Shown: positions 11,706 through 23,929, numbered from the stretch's first letter. The stretch: DNA of 64,000 nucleotides from Octopus sinensis (GCF_006345805.1 NW_021836126.1:324484-388483); one strand, 5' to 3'. Program-made: numbers and translations. Notes: generated from the letters alone by a model not told the origin.

Positions 11706-11869
11706 AACTAATATTAATTTCTTTATTTTTCTCTATTTAAATAAATGGTTATTTTGGACATTAAGTAGAAATTTATTATATGATATGGTTTAGTTTTGAT
11801 TACTATGAGAAATGACACTTAATAAATTATTGTTTGAAAACTAAAATGATTTTTATTTTTTTATTTGAC

Positions 11870-12330
11870 ACATCTTATCTATTTGGGAATTTTGATTTAA
11901 TGGTAGGCAGTGTTGAAAATGCCGTCTCACACTCATATGTTAGTTGCAAATGGAATAAGCACTTAAAGTAGCATATTTGCTAATTCTGAATAGGAATCAG
12001 CCATCTGAATCCAGAAATCGCTTCGCGAAACTTCAGTGAATACGTGTTTTTCATATCCATAATTTTTCATGTCGATAAATTCTTCCTGATTTATACAATT
12101 TTCAGACGAAAGATTTTCAACTGAAATTGAAAATGGGTTGTTCAGAAAACGATACTATTTATCAAAATCTGAAATATCAGAAAAATATCTTAGAATTTAG
12201 ACGCCAATTGAGTCAATTACAATCCACAAAATATTCTCAGCAAGATCATTTATTTGTCTACTAACAGTATCATTTAAAAGTGAGATATGTTTCAGAATGT
12301 AAAGTTCAGAACTTGCTATCATGAAAAAAT
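11870..12330 (-). mobile_element. Buster-type hAT transposase relic
   Basis: HISLLNDTVSRQINDLAENI and a degenerate VLIPFAT...CETAFSTL. Confidence 0.65.
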
Positions 12331-13740
12331 AAAATATCGGAAAAATGGAATTTTTCGATATAAATATTTGAAATTTTATTTAATGAAAAAATAAAATAAT
12401 AATTTTTTACCTAGTTTTTAAATATAGTTGAATATGCTAAATCTATCTCCTCTCCATTCTTTTTAATCGCATTCTTCAATCAAATTGCTTACCAAAAACT
12501 CAACAATGTGAAAAAAGATGCCGTTAAATATGCCTTTTTAAACCGAATCTTGCAGTTATACGAGGACTGGCTGGAACAGGAAAAACCGCTGTCTTAATAG
12601 AAATTATTCAGCAGTTACTTATTGATAAAAATAAACGAGTTATTATATTTTTCAAATTTAAAGATATTGGTAACTGCTTTTCGAATACTGCTGAAAAAAT
12701 TGCATTAATTGCAACAACACTGGGCAACTGGCGGGCTACGATGCCCGATAAATGCACGGGTTGCAAAGAATCTGGCAGCTAAAAAACCGGTCCACTGGGC
12801 AATGTCGACAAAGCACTTAAGATGGTTGTCGCCTCGCGTCACAAAATATTTGGGATCTGCGCAGTCGAACCCATCACGTTGTGTTTCTTTTGGGGGTATG
12901 TTTTTCTCATAAATTGAATTTTTATTATAATTTTCGATAGTAAATGAGATTAACATCAAACTAAGTGGGATTAGAAGAAAATTAAATGAGATTAACGTCA
13001 AACTAACTGGACTTAATAACGAACTAAATGGGATCAATAAAAGATTACGTTTATTATAAATATTATATTTCGACGCAGAAAATAAAAATGCCACGTAAAT
13101 CATTGGAAGAGAAAAATCAAATACATAGAAATGAAATACATTTAATTTCAGCTGCAGAATCAGGTGGGGATTGGAAAAAAAGGCAATTGAACTCAATATC
13201 TCGAGAACAACAGGATATCGTTGGATAATGGATGGAGTTAAACCTGACACGAGAGGTGGAAATTATAGAAAAAAGTTTGACGAAGAACATATCGACTTTT
13301 TTATATCATGCATTGAAGACTATAGCACAATTACCCTTCATGGAATAAAACGAAAATTTGAATTAATTTTTCCGAAATTATCAATATCAAGTATCGCTCG
13401 ACATCTCGATCTAAGTTTGTATACATTAAAGAAATTGAGATTCGACCCTGAAAAAGCTAATTGTGAAATTAACAAAATCAAGAGAAAAAAATTTGTTAAA
13501 AAATATTTAAAATTTAATGATTTTCACATTCTTCGTCTCGGTCCGTACAGCCCAATGCTTAACCCCATACAAAATGTATGGTCAAAAGTAAAAGCTCACA
13601 TGAAAAGAGACATCTCTTCTAAAAAAACCAAATTTTATTCCAACAAGGAGAAGGTTTGTCAATTAAAGAGTATCGAACACGGATACTTGAACAAATAATT
13701 GTTATGCAACGAATAAAGAGTCTTGAACAAATAAAGAGTC

Positions 13741-16700
13741 TGTTATGCAACGTGCTACTATCTCGATGTGTGCTCTACCTGGACAACAAGAAACTAACAA
13801 TATTATTAATAATAATATACCTAGAGCAGGATGGACAACCGCATCGGAGAGACAGACGTCCGATGGCAAGAACATCGTCTTTGCCATTGCTGAAGGGATC
13901 GAGTGCACGACCCGGGAGGACTGGGTTAAATCCGCCCTTTCCCAAGTGTTGGGAAGAGCTTCCAGGATGCCCAGAAATGGGTGGCCTACCCTGCTTCAGT
14001 GTTTCAATCGACGCTTTAGCTCGAACCTATCGTTAGATGCACTGAAGAAGCTGGCCAAGACCCCTCCTCCTGGCTCGCGGGGGAGGACTGCCGCTGCGGT
14101 TACGCCGTCAGGATGCCCCCCGTGTTCTGAACAACACGAGCACCAGAGTAGTGAGTTATCGCTACTCTTGCAGGTTAAGGAGATATTTAGTAGGCATATC
14201 TCTGCGAATCGTGTTGTCCCCCTTGCGGACCGCAGAGTGACCCGAAAGATACCTCGGTGGCAACTCAGAAGTGACGTGATGGGTTGCATCAATCGTGCCA
14301 TAGCTTACGCGATCGTGCGTGAGCCTCCGGAGACAATGGACGAGATTTCTCTTTATTTGTACTCGGCACAGACAACCTATGATGAAATCACTCAGAGGCC
14401 TGCCCCAAAGAGTAGATGGAGAGAAAACATTGCCGCAAAAGTAGCCGCAAGGAAAGCCGAGCTGGAAGCGCTGACTGGGCACATTTTGAATGTGAGCAAT
14501 GGGGTCAAGGGCAAGACTCCCCCCTTGGTGCGTACTTTACTTCGTCGGGAACGAGCTGCCAAATGGGACCTCAACGAGTTGAGGCGTGTCCGGGCAGAGA
14601 GGGAGGAGCTGATTCTCGTTTATCAGAAGAAGCTCTCAACTCATGAGTCTCGGTGTCAGCGCAGGCGGGAGAACAACCTGTTTGAATTTAATCGCAGGTC
14701 GTTCTATCGTCGGTTGCACGGAGAGACGAAGGAGGGTACCCAGCAAAAGGCCGAAATGCTTGACACATGGGGGAGTATGTGGAAAGCACGTCCTCGCAAG
14801 GGTGTGTCGTTTCCGTTTTGTGGACCCGATGCTCCCTTGATGACCGAGTCTTGTGGTGTCTCTGACATCCGCAAGAAGTTCGATGAAGCAGTAACCCGTC
14901 TCTCTGACTGGAAGACACCTGGGGTCGATAAAGTGTATAATTTCTTTATTAAAAATTGCAAACCTATCCATGATTGCATGTGTCGAGCAATCGAACAGTT
15001 TACACTAGACCCTGGCTCGATTCCAGAGTGGTTATGTACTGGGGTCACTTATTTGATCCCTAAAGTAGATAACCCTTCCGCTCCGACAGATTATCGTCCG
15101 ATAACCTGTATGCCCAACCTGTACAAGTTGATGACTAAGGTGGTGGCTACTGAGGTCAGAAATTTCGTGGAGGTGAATGGGATTCTGTCCGAGAACCAGT
15201 TAGGTACTCGGCGGGATTGCCAGGGAGCTAAGGAGCAGGCACTGATCAACAAATGCCTCGCGAGAGCCCACGGAAACTCACTAGTGTCAATGTGGGTGGA
15301 TGTGAAGAAGGCATATGACTCGGTTGATCATGCCTACCTCGTTGAGTGTCTGCGAAGGCTTAAGTTGCCAATGTGGTTTATCAAATTTGTTGCAACTGTG
15401 ATGGACAGGTGGAACGTCCATCTAAATTACAACAAATGCGATATAGGCGAGGTGAAACTAGAGAGGGGCATATTACAGGGCGACAGCATGTCTCCGCTGC
15501 TGTTCGTCCTCTGCCTAGAACCGCTGAGTAGAGTCCTCACTGCCCAATTCGAACAAATGTCGATCGAACATGAAGGAGGGTGTTTTAGCACCAACCATCT
15601 CATGTTCATAGACGACATTAAGCTGTTCGCTCGGTCTTCAGAGATCCTTCACTCAATGGGTAAAGTCCTGAAAGGTTTCATGAAGGCCGTGGGGTTGGAG
15701 CTCAACTACAACAAGTCGGCGACTAACACCCCTGTGTGTGGTGACCTAGTCAAAGTCTTGGAGGAACACCAAGGATATAAGTATCTTGGTGTGGTTGAGA
15801 GTCCAGCCTCATTAATCACACCCGAAACGAGAAAGTGTGTAGTGGAGGGTGTGCGTAGTAGGGCGGCAATGTTATGTAAGACTCGGCTTAATGCACGGAA
15901 CTTATTTCATGCCTTGAACGAGTATGCCATCTCATTGCTAAACTACTACGTTGGCCTGATCGAATTCGAGCCGAGTGAGTACGATGAAATGGACCTTATT
16001 GTCCGAAGAGTACTCCGAGAGAATCATGTCCACGTGTTGGCAAGCAATAAGGAGAGATTGTACTTGTCTCGCGGGCAGCTAGGACGTGGACTGAGTAACA
16101 TCGTACACTTAAGTGAGCGAATTCTTACTAAGATGCACGACACCTTGTGGAGTGGGTCGAGTGTATCCCAAAGGAAGGCTGCCATCCTTGCTGCTGAAAA
16201 AGCGCGTGGTACACACCTAGGGACCATAAAAGGCTATGTGTCGGCTAAGTATGGTCTAGGTGCTACCCAAGTTAATGTGAAGGAGTTGATCAAACTTCAA
16301 AAGGAGTCTTTAATTAAAAAGATCAACTTAAAAGTCCTTCACAAGACTCTCTTTAGCAGCCTGGACAACCCGCACATTGACGTATCGTCGTCATCTACGT
16401 GGCTGAAATATGGGAATAACTCTCCCCGATCAGAAGGGTTGTTCTCATATTTGCAGGATAGAAACTTTTTTAATGGTCAACGGAAACAGTGTAACCACTG
16501 TAAGAGTAAGGCAATGACCGTTGACCATTTAGCCACGAAGTGCGGGAGTATGCTTTACCATGATTACACATGGAGGCATAACGAGGTGGTGAGGTCCCTC
16601 CATCTTTTGCTCTGCAATAAGTACGGCTTGAGGCGGTCCAGAAAGTTGCGAACCCATCGAGTTCAATCGGTGTGTGAGAACTCGCGGGTGTGCATTAAGG

Positions 16701-17247
16701 TGGATACCCCCATACGCACCTCGATTGTTGTCCAGCACAACAGACCCGACATTGTGGTCCACGATAAGGTCACCGGGGAGATTGTTATCGTGGAGGTGGG
16801 CATCACGTGCCTAGACCGTTTGCAGATAGTGGAAGTGGAGAAAAGGAGGAAGTATGACCTCCTTGCAAACGAGCTAGGACTGATGCACCAGTGCAAAGTC
16901 CATGTCATCCCGTGTGTGATGACATGGGATGGACTGGTCACCAAATACCACAAGCGGTACTTAAGACAGTTGGATGTAGATAAGTCTCTACAGGCTTATA
17001 TACAGTCAACTGTTCTTAAGAGGACTCTGGAGAGTGTCTCGTTTGATGCTCGCCGATCCAGCCCTTTCCTGACGTTTAGTCAGCAAGAGGCGCTGGACTG
17101 CACCTTCTCGAAGGTCTACAGTGCCAGAGAAGAGGAGGAAGAAGGGGAGGAGGTGCGTGGAGTGCCGCCTTCTGCTCACTTCGAAGGCTCTGGACTTAGT
17201 TAGTAAAATTACTTAGTTAATTAGTTTCTTTCTTAATAAAAAAAAAA
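13741..17247 (+). mobile_element. Intact R4/Dong-like RLE non-LTR retrotransposon
   Basis: One long ORF, short 3' UTR, AATAAA plus A10 tail, visibly more GC-rich than its flanks. Confidence 0.92.
13745..17203 (+). CDS. 1152-aa reverse transcriptase + CCHC + RLE endonuclease
   Basis: YRPITC, DVKKAYDSV, GILQGDSMSPLLF, FIDD, CNHC..H..TKC, RHNEVV, RPD...IVEV, KRRKY. Confidence 0.95.
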   Translation: MQRATISMCALPGQQETNNIINNNIPRAGWTTASERQTSDGKNIVFAIAEGIECTTREDWVKSALSQVLGRASRMPRNGWPTLLQCFNRRFSSNLSLDALKKLAKTPPPGSRGRTAAAVTPSGCPPCSEQHEHQSSELSLLLQVKEIFSRHISANRVVPLADRRVTRKIPRWQLRSDVMGCINRAIAYAIVREPPETMDEISLYLYSAQTTYDEITQRPAPKSRWRENIAAKVAARKAELEALTGHILNVSNGVKGKTPPLVRTLLRRERAAKWDLNELRRVRAEREELILVYQKKLSTHESRCQRRRENNLFEFNRRSFYRRLHGETKEGTQQKAEMLDTWGSMWKARPRKGVSFPFCGPDAPLMTESCGVSDIRKKFDEAVTRLSDWKTPGVDKVYNFFIKNCKPIHDCMCRAIEQFTLDPGSIPEWLCTGVTYLIPKVDNPSAPTDYRPITCMPNLYKLMTKVVATEVRNFVEVNGILSENQLGTRRDCQGAKEQALINKCLARAHGNSLVSMWVDVKKAYDSVDHAYLVECLRRLKLPMWFIKFVATVMDRWNVHLNYNKCDIGEVKLERGILQGDSMSPLLFVLCLEPLSRVLTAQFEQMSIEHEGGCFSTNHLMFIDDIKLFARSSEILHSMGKVLKGFMKAVGLELNYNKSATNTPVCGDLVKVLEEHQGYKYLGVVESPASLITPETRKCVVEGVRSRAAMLCKTRLNARNLFHALNEYAISLLNYYVGLIEFEPSEYDEMDLIVRRVLRENHVHVLASNKERLYLSRGQLGRGLSNIVHLSERILTKMHDTLWSGSSVSQRKAAILAAEKARGTHLGTIKGYVSAKYGLGATQVNVKELIKLQKESLIKKINLKVLHKTLFSSLDNPHIDVSSSSTWLKYGNNSPRSEGLFSYLQDRNFFNGQRKQCNHCKSKAMTVDHLATKCGSMLYHDYTWRHNEVVRSLHLLLCNKYGLRRSRKLRTHRVQSVCENSRVCIKVDTPIRTSIVVQHNRPDIVVHDKVTGEIVIVEVGITCLDRLQIVEVEKRRKYDLLANELGLMHQCKVHVIPCVMTWDGLVTKYHKRYLRQLDVDKSLQAYIQSTVLKRTLESVSFDARRSSPFLTFSQQEALDCTFSKVYSAREEEEEGEEVRGVPPSAHFEGSGLS

Positions 17248-17403
17248 GTAGATAGAATGAAAACAATTACATCTAAAGATTATGTACAACTTTATTTCTG
17301 GAATACAGGGAAATATTGCTGACACACTAAATATGGTTAACATAAAATTTAAACAAACAAAACTCTTGAGCTACTCGTAAATATCAAATTCAAACCTTCA
17401 GAC

Positions 17404-17800
17404 ATGCGACGGGTTAATTTACCTATTCGTTACGGGGGCATCGGCATTCGTTCTTGTGGAGATTTATCCCTCCCATGTTACCTTTCCTCGTTGTCTGCTT
17501 CCGCTAGTTTCGTGAACTCTGTTCTATTCCCCTTCTCTGAACAGCCCGAGTTGTCGGAATATGCGGCAGGTGTCGTCAACATGTGGATTTCTCGTGGGCT
17601 TAAAATCCCGGACGTCCCCTCAGTTCAAAAGAACTTGGATGAGATACATTGTTCGCATACACTCGAAGATATCCGCCTACGTGCTGACCAGTTTCAGTTG
17701 GCAAGCATTAATTGTGCCTGTCAACCCCACTCGGTCGATTGGATTGACGCTTTGCCGATTTCCTCTGCTGGAATGTTCCTGGACAACGAATCCGTATCAA
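17404..17800 (+). mobile_element. CRE-like fragment, post-RT region
   Basis: LPIRYGGIGIRS..LSLPCYLSS and WIDALPISSAGMFLDN. Confidence 0.8.
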
Positions 17801-17854
17801 GACATAACCGGATTTTCTCTGGTTGGAAAAGGTTTTTTGATTAAAACCGCACCG

Positions 17855-18436
17855 ATGGCTTTAAATTATGGAGAGTCGGGTACAGAAGGTGGAAGAGTAA
17901 CTCTCGAAGAATGGAGAGTAGCACTAATGAAAGTGTTAGCGCCTGTAAGATTTGCTCACGCAGCAGAGCGAAATCCTGATGCTGTCGACCCACTAATGGA
18001 CAGATTTCACACAGTAATGCGGAACTTAGATCCAACATACCAGCCGGAACGTTCACTTGTATTAAAAATGTACCAAAAATATCTTCCAGACCGAGGTCTA
18101 GATAAACTATGCTGTTTACTAGACAAAATGCTTTATACATGTCCTGAAGATCCAATGTCAGCATTGAGATTCTGCACTATTCCTTTTTATAATGCTGGGA
18201 ATGCAGTATTATCTCGTGTGGTTTCCCTATGCGCAGCATTCCCTAATGAACTAGAAAGAGCAGTGATGGTAGAGTCGTTATTCGCGTCAGCACACGTAAA
18301 TAAAGTTAGTCGCTTCATTGGTCACTGCTTCGCGGTCTTAAATCCAGACCATTTATGTATATACCAGAAAGGGTTAGGATTAGTGAAATCATCGGCATTC
18401 AGCTCCATGTCTCTCGATGTGCGAGCCGGTACTTAA
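17855..18436 (+). CDS. 193-aa intronless orphan protein
   Basis: Clean ORF MALNYG...VRAGT. The upstream extension of the track ORF is off-frame CRE sequence. Confidence 0.6.
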   Translation: MALNYGESGTEGGRVTLEEWRVALMKVLAPVRFAHAAERNPDAVDPLMDRFHTVMRNLDPTYQPERSLVLKMYQKYLPDRGLDKLCCLLDKMLYTCPEDPMSALRFCTIPFYNAGNAVLSRVVSLCAAFPNELERAVMVESLFASAHVNKVSRFIGHCFAVLNPDHLCIYQKGLGLVKSSAFSSMSLDVRAGT

Positions 18437-18559
18437 TAGCTAGCTTATTCCGTTTTCCACTTTTTTTTAAAATAAGATTAATTTGTGGATCTGTCAATTC
18501 GAAAATCGAAACTTCATTCATTTCCCAAATTTAAAAGAAACAAAATCAAATGATATATT

Positions 18560-19181
18560 CATTCTTTTAGAAGTCCTTATCGAATTAAAATCCGAATTTT
18601 CATCTCGATTTTTGGACTTTAGAGCTCATTCGGACGAATTTTAAATGTTTTCTATACCTTTTGATGTAGAAATCAGCAAATAAAATTTATCAATTGAAAC
18701 TTATAGATTTGCAGTCTGATCATGTTCTTAAAACGATTTTTTATTCAAATCTTTGTAACATTGTGGAATTTTATGAGAAATATGTTCAACCGCGTAGAAA
18801 ACATACGCTGTTAGTAAGCCATTCCAAAAAATGATATCTTTATTTGGAAGTACTTTGTGTTTGCGAACAGTTATTTTCAAAAATGAAACACAGGAAAAAT
18901 AATCATAGAACAAGAATTGCGGATAATCATCTTAATGATGTTTTAACTTTATCGAAAACGACCTATGCACCTAATATCGATGAACTCTCGAACAAAAAAC
19001 AACAGTATATGAAAAATTAAACAACAAGTTCAATTAAAATAAAATTTACTCGTTGTTTGGTTAAGAAAGTTTTATTCAATTAATTAATATTAGCCTTAAA
19101 TAAGTAAAAAAATTATCCGGCCCGCAGACCAATAATATTTTATAATCCGGCCTGTGAAGTCGGAAATTCTGCCGACCACTG
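18560..19181 (+). mobile_element. hAT (SPIN/GTF2IRD2-like) 3' relic with right TIR
   Basis: SLFGST..CEQLFSKMK, YAPNIDEL. End GCCGACCACTG. Confidence 0.75.
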
Positions 19182-19639
19182 TACTAGAATGAACTGCCAC
19201 AATAAAAATACACAATAAAATACTAAAAAAAAGATCGAAATACCAAAAAATCAAAATTTAAAATACTATAAAGAATTAAATTTAATTTAAGAAATCCTTA
19301 TGAATGAAGATTAATTGATTGATAAAATAAATACAAATTTACTTGCAAAATAAACTTTATAGAAAATATTTTACCAGTAGTCAATTTAATTAATCTTCAA
19401 ACAAATAAAAAACAAAAATATTATAAAAATAAAGTATTAATTTCAAGAAAAAATAAAAATTAACACCCAATAATAACAATAATTAATTGGAACCAGATTA
19501 ACAACCAGAAACACAACAAAATAAGAAAATAACGTGCATAAAACGTGATATGTAATTTATCCTAATTAAGTCAATAAATTTAAAATATTTTAAAAATTAA
19601 ATGATTTATTGTAAAATAATTGTAATTTACTAAAAGTTA

Positions 19640-22600
19640 ACAAAAGCATCCATCCGAAGTGGACCCCGCCAACATTATTGACGTTGCGTTGCCTCTCACA
19701 ATAGCAACGGAGTTCAACTGGAAAAGCTACCGGGTCTCTCGTGTGGCGTAGCTTTTTAATGTAACTAAGCGTCCAAGCTTCTTTAGGAAGCGAAGCGATT
19801 TCCCACTTATTCCTCCAGTTGTCTCGACCACAATCGAACAGAACACGAATCGGTCTCGCAGCGCTTCATATTTTCTCTCCTTTGCCCTCATCGTTTTTTC
19901 CGCGGCATACAGTCTGTCCACTGCGCTCCCGGCAATGTTTTCAAATGGGAAAATTGTGATCCCATCAGGACGTTTTCCATCTCCTCTGTCAAGCCCGACC
20001 AGTTCAAGTACGGCGGGGTATCCTGCAGACTCCACGGCTCGCTTGAAAAATTCGTTAATCGCCTTGTGTCTTGGGAATCGTCCTGCACTTCTTCGACAAG
20101 AGTAAGCATGGTGTCCATAACAATCGACGTGGCCCCACACCGGTATTTGTGAGTCCGGCAAAACTCCATTCCAAGTCTGATGTTGATGCGGACAGTATCG
20201 TCGTCAAGGTGGGTTCCGACACTATCAACGGGGAGTGCGTGATCCAAGCTCCACTCGATTCGCATCTTCCAGTCACTAGACAGGCACGTCTGTGTTGGTT
20301 GGATTGGTTTAGAAGCCTCTCATATTTATCCTCGCAAATGATCCTGTAACGATCTTTCTTCTCAGGCATCATCCCCCTCGAATGCTTTATGTCTGTGATT
20401 TCAGATGATTCAGTTTGGAGTTGGAGAATCATCCTGATCAGCAGTCGACTGGAGTCCAAAGAGGATAGATATGCGGGGCAAGCTAAATCTTTCGGAGAAG
20501 GGATTCCCAGTCCGCCCAGGTTAACGGGTATGGTCGCCTGGTCCCACCCTTGGTCGTCGAATTTCACATTGGTGATGCGTTCAATGGTGGTTCGAAAGAG
20601 ACCATCAATATACTCGAGCTGTTGCATTTCCAGGTAGTAGGGTGCGCTCCGAAGAACGTAATTCAGTTTTTATGCTGGCAAGGCGTTTCTTAGCAGGAAT
20701 AGGGAGGTATGTGCGTACAACATCTCCAGACGTCTGAATGTTGTTTTTAGTTGATGTTCTTTTGTTATTAGAGTGTTACTGATTCCCGCATCAGAGAAGC
20801 ATCTAAGTATATCTAGTTGTTCTGATTTGGTTTCTGTGGCTTTAGGCATGATCTCTCTGAATGTATCAAGAATCTGGTTCCATTCAGGCTGCGAAAATTC
20901 AAAATTGATCACTTTACACTTATTGGTGTTTAGGGTTAGCCATATGGATTCCAATTGGGCTATCAGACTTTTTAGGCAATCTAGTACATTCTTCGGATGG
21001 CCGCCCATGGTGCAATCATCCAAATACAGTCTAACCCCGGGGTGGGGCACCAAAGTGCCCCAAAAAGCGGGGGTGCCCTTCCAAACAGGGGTCTGGTTCA
21101 AACTATTGAATTATAGTTCATTTAACTTGAATTTTGGTTTACTTTGCGAACAAAGAACTCTTTCACATCTTCCAAAGTGTTTATATACCGATAATACAAT
21201 AAGTTGTGCTTTTTTGCTCTATATTTTAATAGATTTCTATTCTGTTTTTTAATTTGATTCTGATTAAAATAAATCATTATTTTTAAAACATTTTTTTGAA
21301 ATAATCAGTCAATTTCAAATTTTTCTTATTTCTTAAATCTTTTCCAAGTTGAAATCTAAACTCATAATAATTTTTGAGTGTCTCGAAAGATGTATTTTGC
21401 GCTATATTCTCCAACTTATCCATCATTTCATACGTTTTAATATCGTTGTTTTGTCCTCTATCCCAATTCCATTATAAAATTCGCGACTTTTGACTAGATC
21501 ATCATTTTCTTCAGATATTACTTCCCCGCAATTTTTATCTTCAACTAATTCTTCTCTATTTTCCTCAATTTTCTTCCAACAATTAATTATTGTTGTTTCT
21601 TTAACTTCCATCCACGCTTTTCTAACAAGTACCATAATCTGTCGCATATCTATATTTTTCAAAGATTTAGGATTAATTGTTGTATCTTCTTTCAAATCAA
21701 ACATAAAGTCCATTAGGAAGTTTGTGTAATATACTTTAAAACATTTTATTATACCCATGTCTAGAGGTTGAATCAAAGATGTTGTGTTTTTTGGAAGAAA
21801 AAACAATTTAACATTTAAGTATTCAAATAAAGAATGGCATGTAGCATCATCTACTATTAAAATTATTTTTCTATCTTGTGAGAGAAAGTCGTCGTTAATC
21901 TTTGATAGCCACATTTAGAAAATTTCTCTGTTCATCCAGAAAATATTTTCATGACCATAAGTTTTCAATAAATTATCGAATTGAAAGAAAAATTTTGGCA
22001 AATTACTTTTGTCTGCTGAATTTTTTCACCAGAAATGGTTTTAAAAACCAGATCATGTCTCTTCTTAAATCTGTCTAACCTTTGAGGCTTTAAAAGATGT
22101 TCGAGAATCAAATTTTGTTGATATTTTCTTCGCGATGACTTTGATTAATGTACCCGAAATAAAAAAAGGAATCTTCCCTCAATCGACGAAAAGCATTAAA
22201 AGTTAATTCGTCAAGTTTTTCAAATTGATTTATTCCATTAGAAACTTGTTCAACTTCATCTATTTGAACTAATCTTGAAATGACTGATCCTTATTAATGA
22301 AAGAAAAAATGTTTTTTTATTCGGGAAATAGTGCCTTTGCTTATCTTGAATTTTTTTGCAACCTCTCTTTCAGAAGAAGTTTGTAGACACTTTGCAATTT
22401 TAATTTTTGTTTCAATAGAAATTTGGAAGGCATTACACAAAGATAAGTATCAAATGTTCAAAAATAATATTATTCAAAAAAATATTATGTAATAATATTA
22501 CAATAAATTAGTAAAGTGCCCCATAGTGGGGTTTTGATAATTTCCAAATTTGGAAAATATTGCTGAAAAATGTACTAAAAAATAAAATCGCCCCAAAAAC

Positions 22601-23104
22601 CGAGGGTGCCCCAAGGCGGGGTTTTTGTTGGGGCGGGGTTCGACTGTACCAGGGAAGTGGAACAATATTTTGTGACATGGGCAATTCCTAGGCTGAACAA
22701 GGCAGGCCCCAGTGGGTCTCCTTGTTGGACTCCAGAACACGATGGGATGTGATATTGGCCGTCCACCAGACTGGATGGTTTTCCATATGAGATATGAATA
22801 TAGCTGTACACTGATGGGTAGTATGTGAAGCAATCCTCCATAATTGTATCACGCCGTATCGAGTTGAAGGCATTTTTAATTTTGACGATTACGAAAGGAG
22901 TGTTCTCATTCTTTTCGGCGAATGTTCGGACAGCATGAACTGCCGCTTCACAACCCCTATTTGGGCTGGTTGTAATTGTGTTATCAACGTAGAGTTGCTC
23001 GTGTTACGAGCAATAAGATCTTTGAGGTGACCAGGACGGAGCCCATTTGCCGGCTTGGTTTTCTTAGGCTTTCTTGCCTGACATTGGCAGCATTGAGAGG
23101 ACAA
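19640..23104 (-). mobile_element. 5'-truncated degenerate CRE-like element interrupted by pogo
   Basis: GLRPGHLKDL, QPAQIGV, GVQQGDPLGP, WYLDD, LGGLGI, RHKAIN, RPDG, VETTG. Confidence 0.9.
21027..22646 (-). mobile_element. pogo/Tigger-like DNA transposon, internally deleted
   Basis: TIRs CAGTC(T/G)AACCCCG, TA TSD, DDE_1 motifs LIVDDATCH and LPKNTTSLIQPLDMGII. Confidence 0.9.
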
Positions 23105-23269
23105 AATTAAATAAATAACATTTAGAAGCTTTTTCTGTTTGAATTCACCTATTGACCTCCAGGCTCTTTATCAATTCGTGTATAACTTATTCCCCATTTT
23201 AATTAAATATTTGCTAACTAAAAAAAAAAAATTCACCTATTTATTTAACCTAATTTATTTTTCGTCTAC

Positions 23270-23820
23270 ATTTTCACGTGCACGTTGTTGTTGCTCTTTC
23301 TTATATTGTTGTTCATTCTTATATTGTATATTGTTCATTCTGATATCCTTGTATTCATTCTTATATTCTTGTATTCTCACCTATCTATGATCCCATCTCA
23401 TATCCAATCGTTTCAAACATTCCAATGCTTAATTTGCTTAACCAATAACACTCGCAAGAAGGCGAGAAAGTGCTTTGACTGTCAGAGAGATGTGCACCTA
23501 TCTTGTGCCGGCTTAACTAAGTTATCATCTGCAGCCCTCGCAATCTGGAAATGTCCAGCGTGTCTCAGTGCTTGTCCCCTAAAGCCAGTACCCCTTCAAA
23601 ATCCCCCACTTCCGTCTCTCCCGGTTGTTTGTGACATCCCCTTCGAGGATTTGTTATCCACTGTTGCCGGTCTGCGCCGCGCACGTAAGATAATTTATTT
23701 GGCCGATTCAGTTTCCTGAACATTCCTGAGGCCTCGTTTGTAAGAATTGGAAACGAAGTTCGAATGTTAGCCAACTCGATTTCAAGTCAAATGGCAATGT
23801 CAGCTTTTGGAGTTAATCGA
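23270..23820 (+). mobile_element. CRE-like 5' fragment: leader, UTR, PHD
   Basis: CACGTGCACGTTGTTGTTG, then CLIC...CFDCQRDVHLSC...WKCPAC. Confidence 0.8.
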
Positions 23821-23929
23821 AAAATGAAATAGTGATTCCAGAGTTTATATATTTAATTCTGAAGCACGTCGAGATAATATGAACATTAATAATAACGTCA
23901 GAAGAACTGAGATAGAAGAAATAATTCGG

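Larger units (their letters stand above)
13088..17360 (+). mobile_element. IS630/Tc1-like transposase, internally deleted and split by the R4-like insertion
   Basis: HTH region, LGPYSPMLNPIQNVWSKVK. Reading RILEQIIV stops at about 13702 and resumes as VDRMKTITSKD at 17248. Confidence 0.75.

Noticed and set aside
12705-13250. 181-aa minus-strand ORF and nearby Cys-containing ORFs
   Set aside because: Low-complexity sequence, partly antisense to the Tc1 relic, with no supported domain.
13996-16953. Many short antisense ORFs in the R4-like element and in UBA1
   Set aside because: Shadow ORFs of GC-rich coding DNA.
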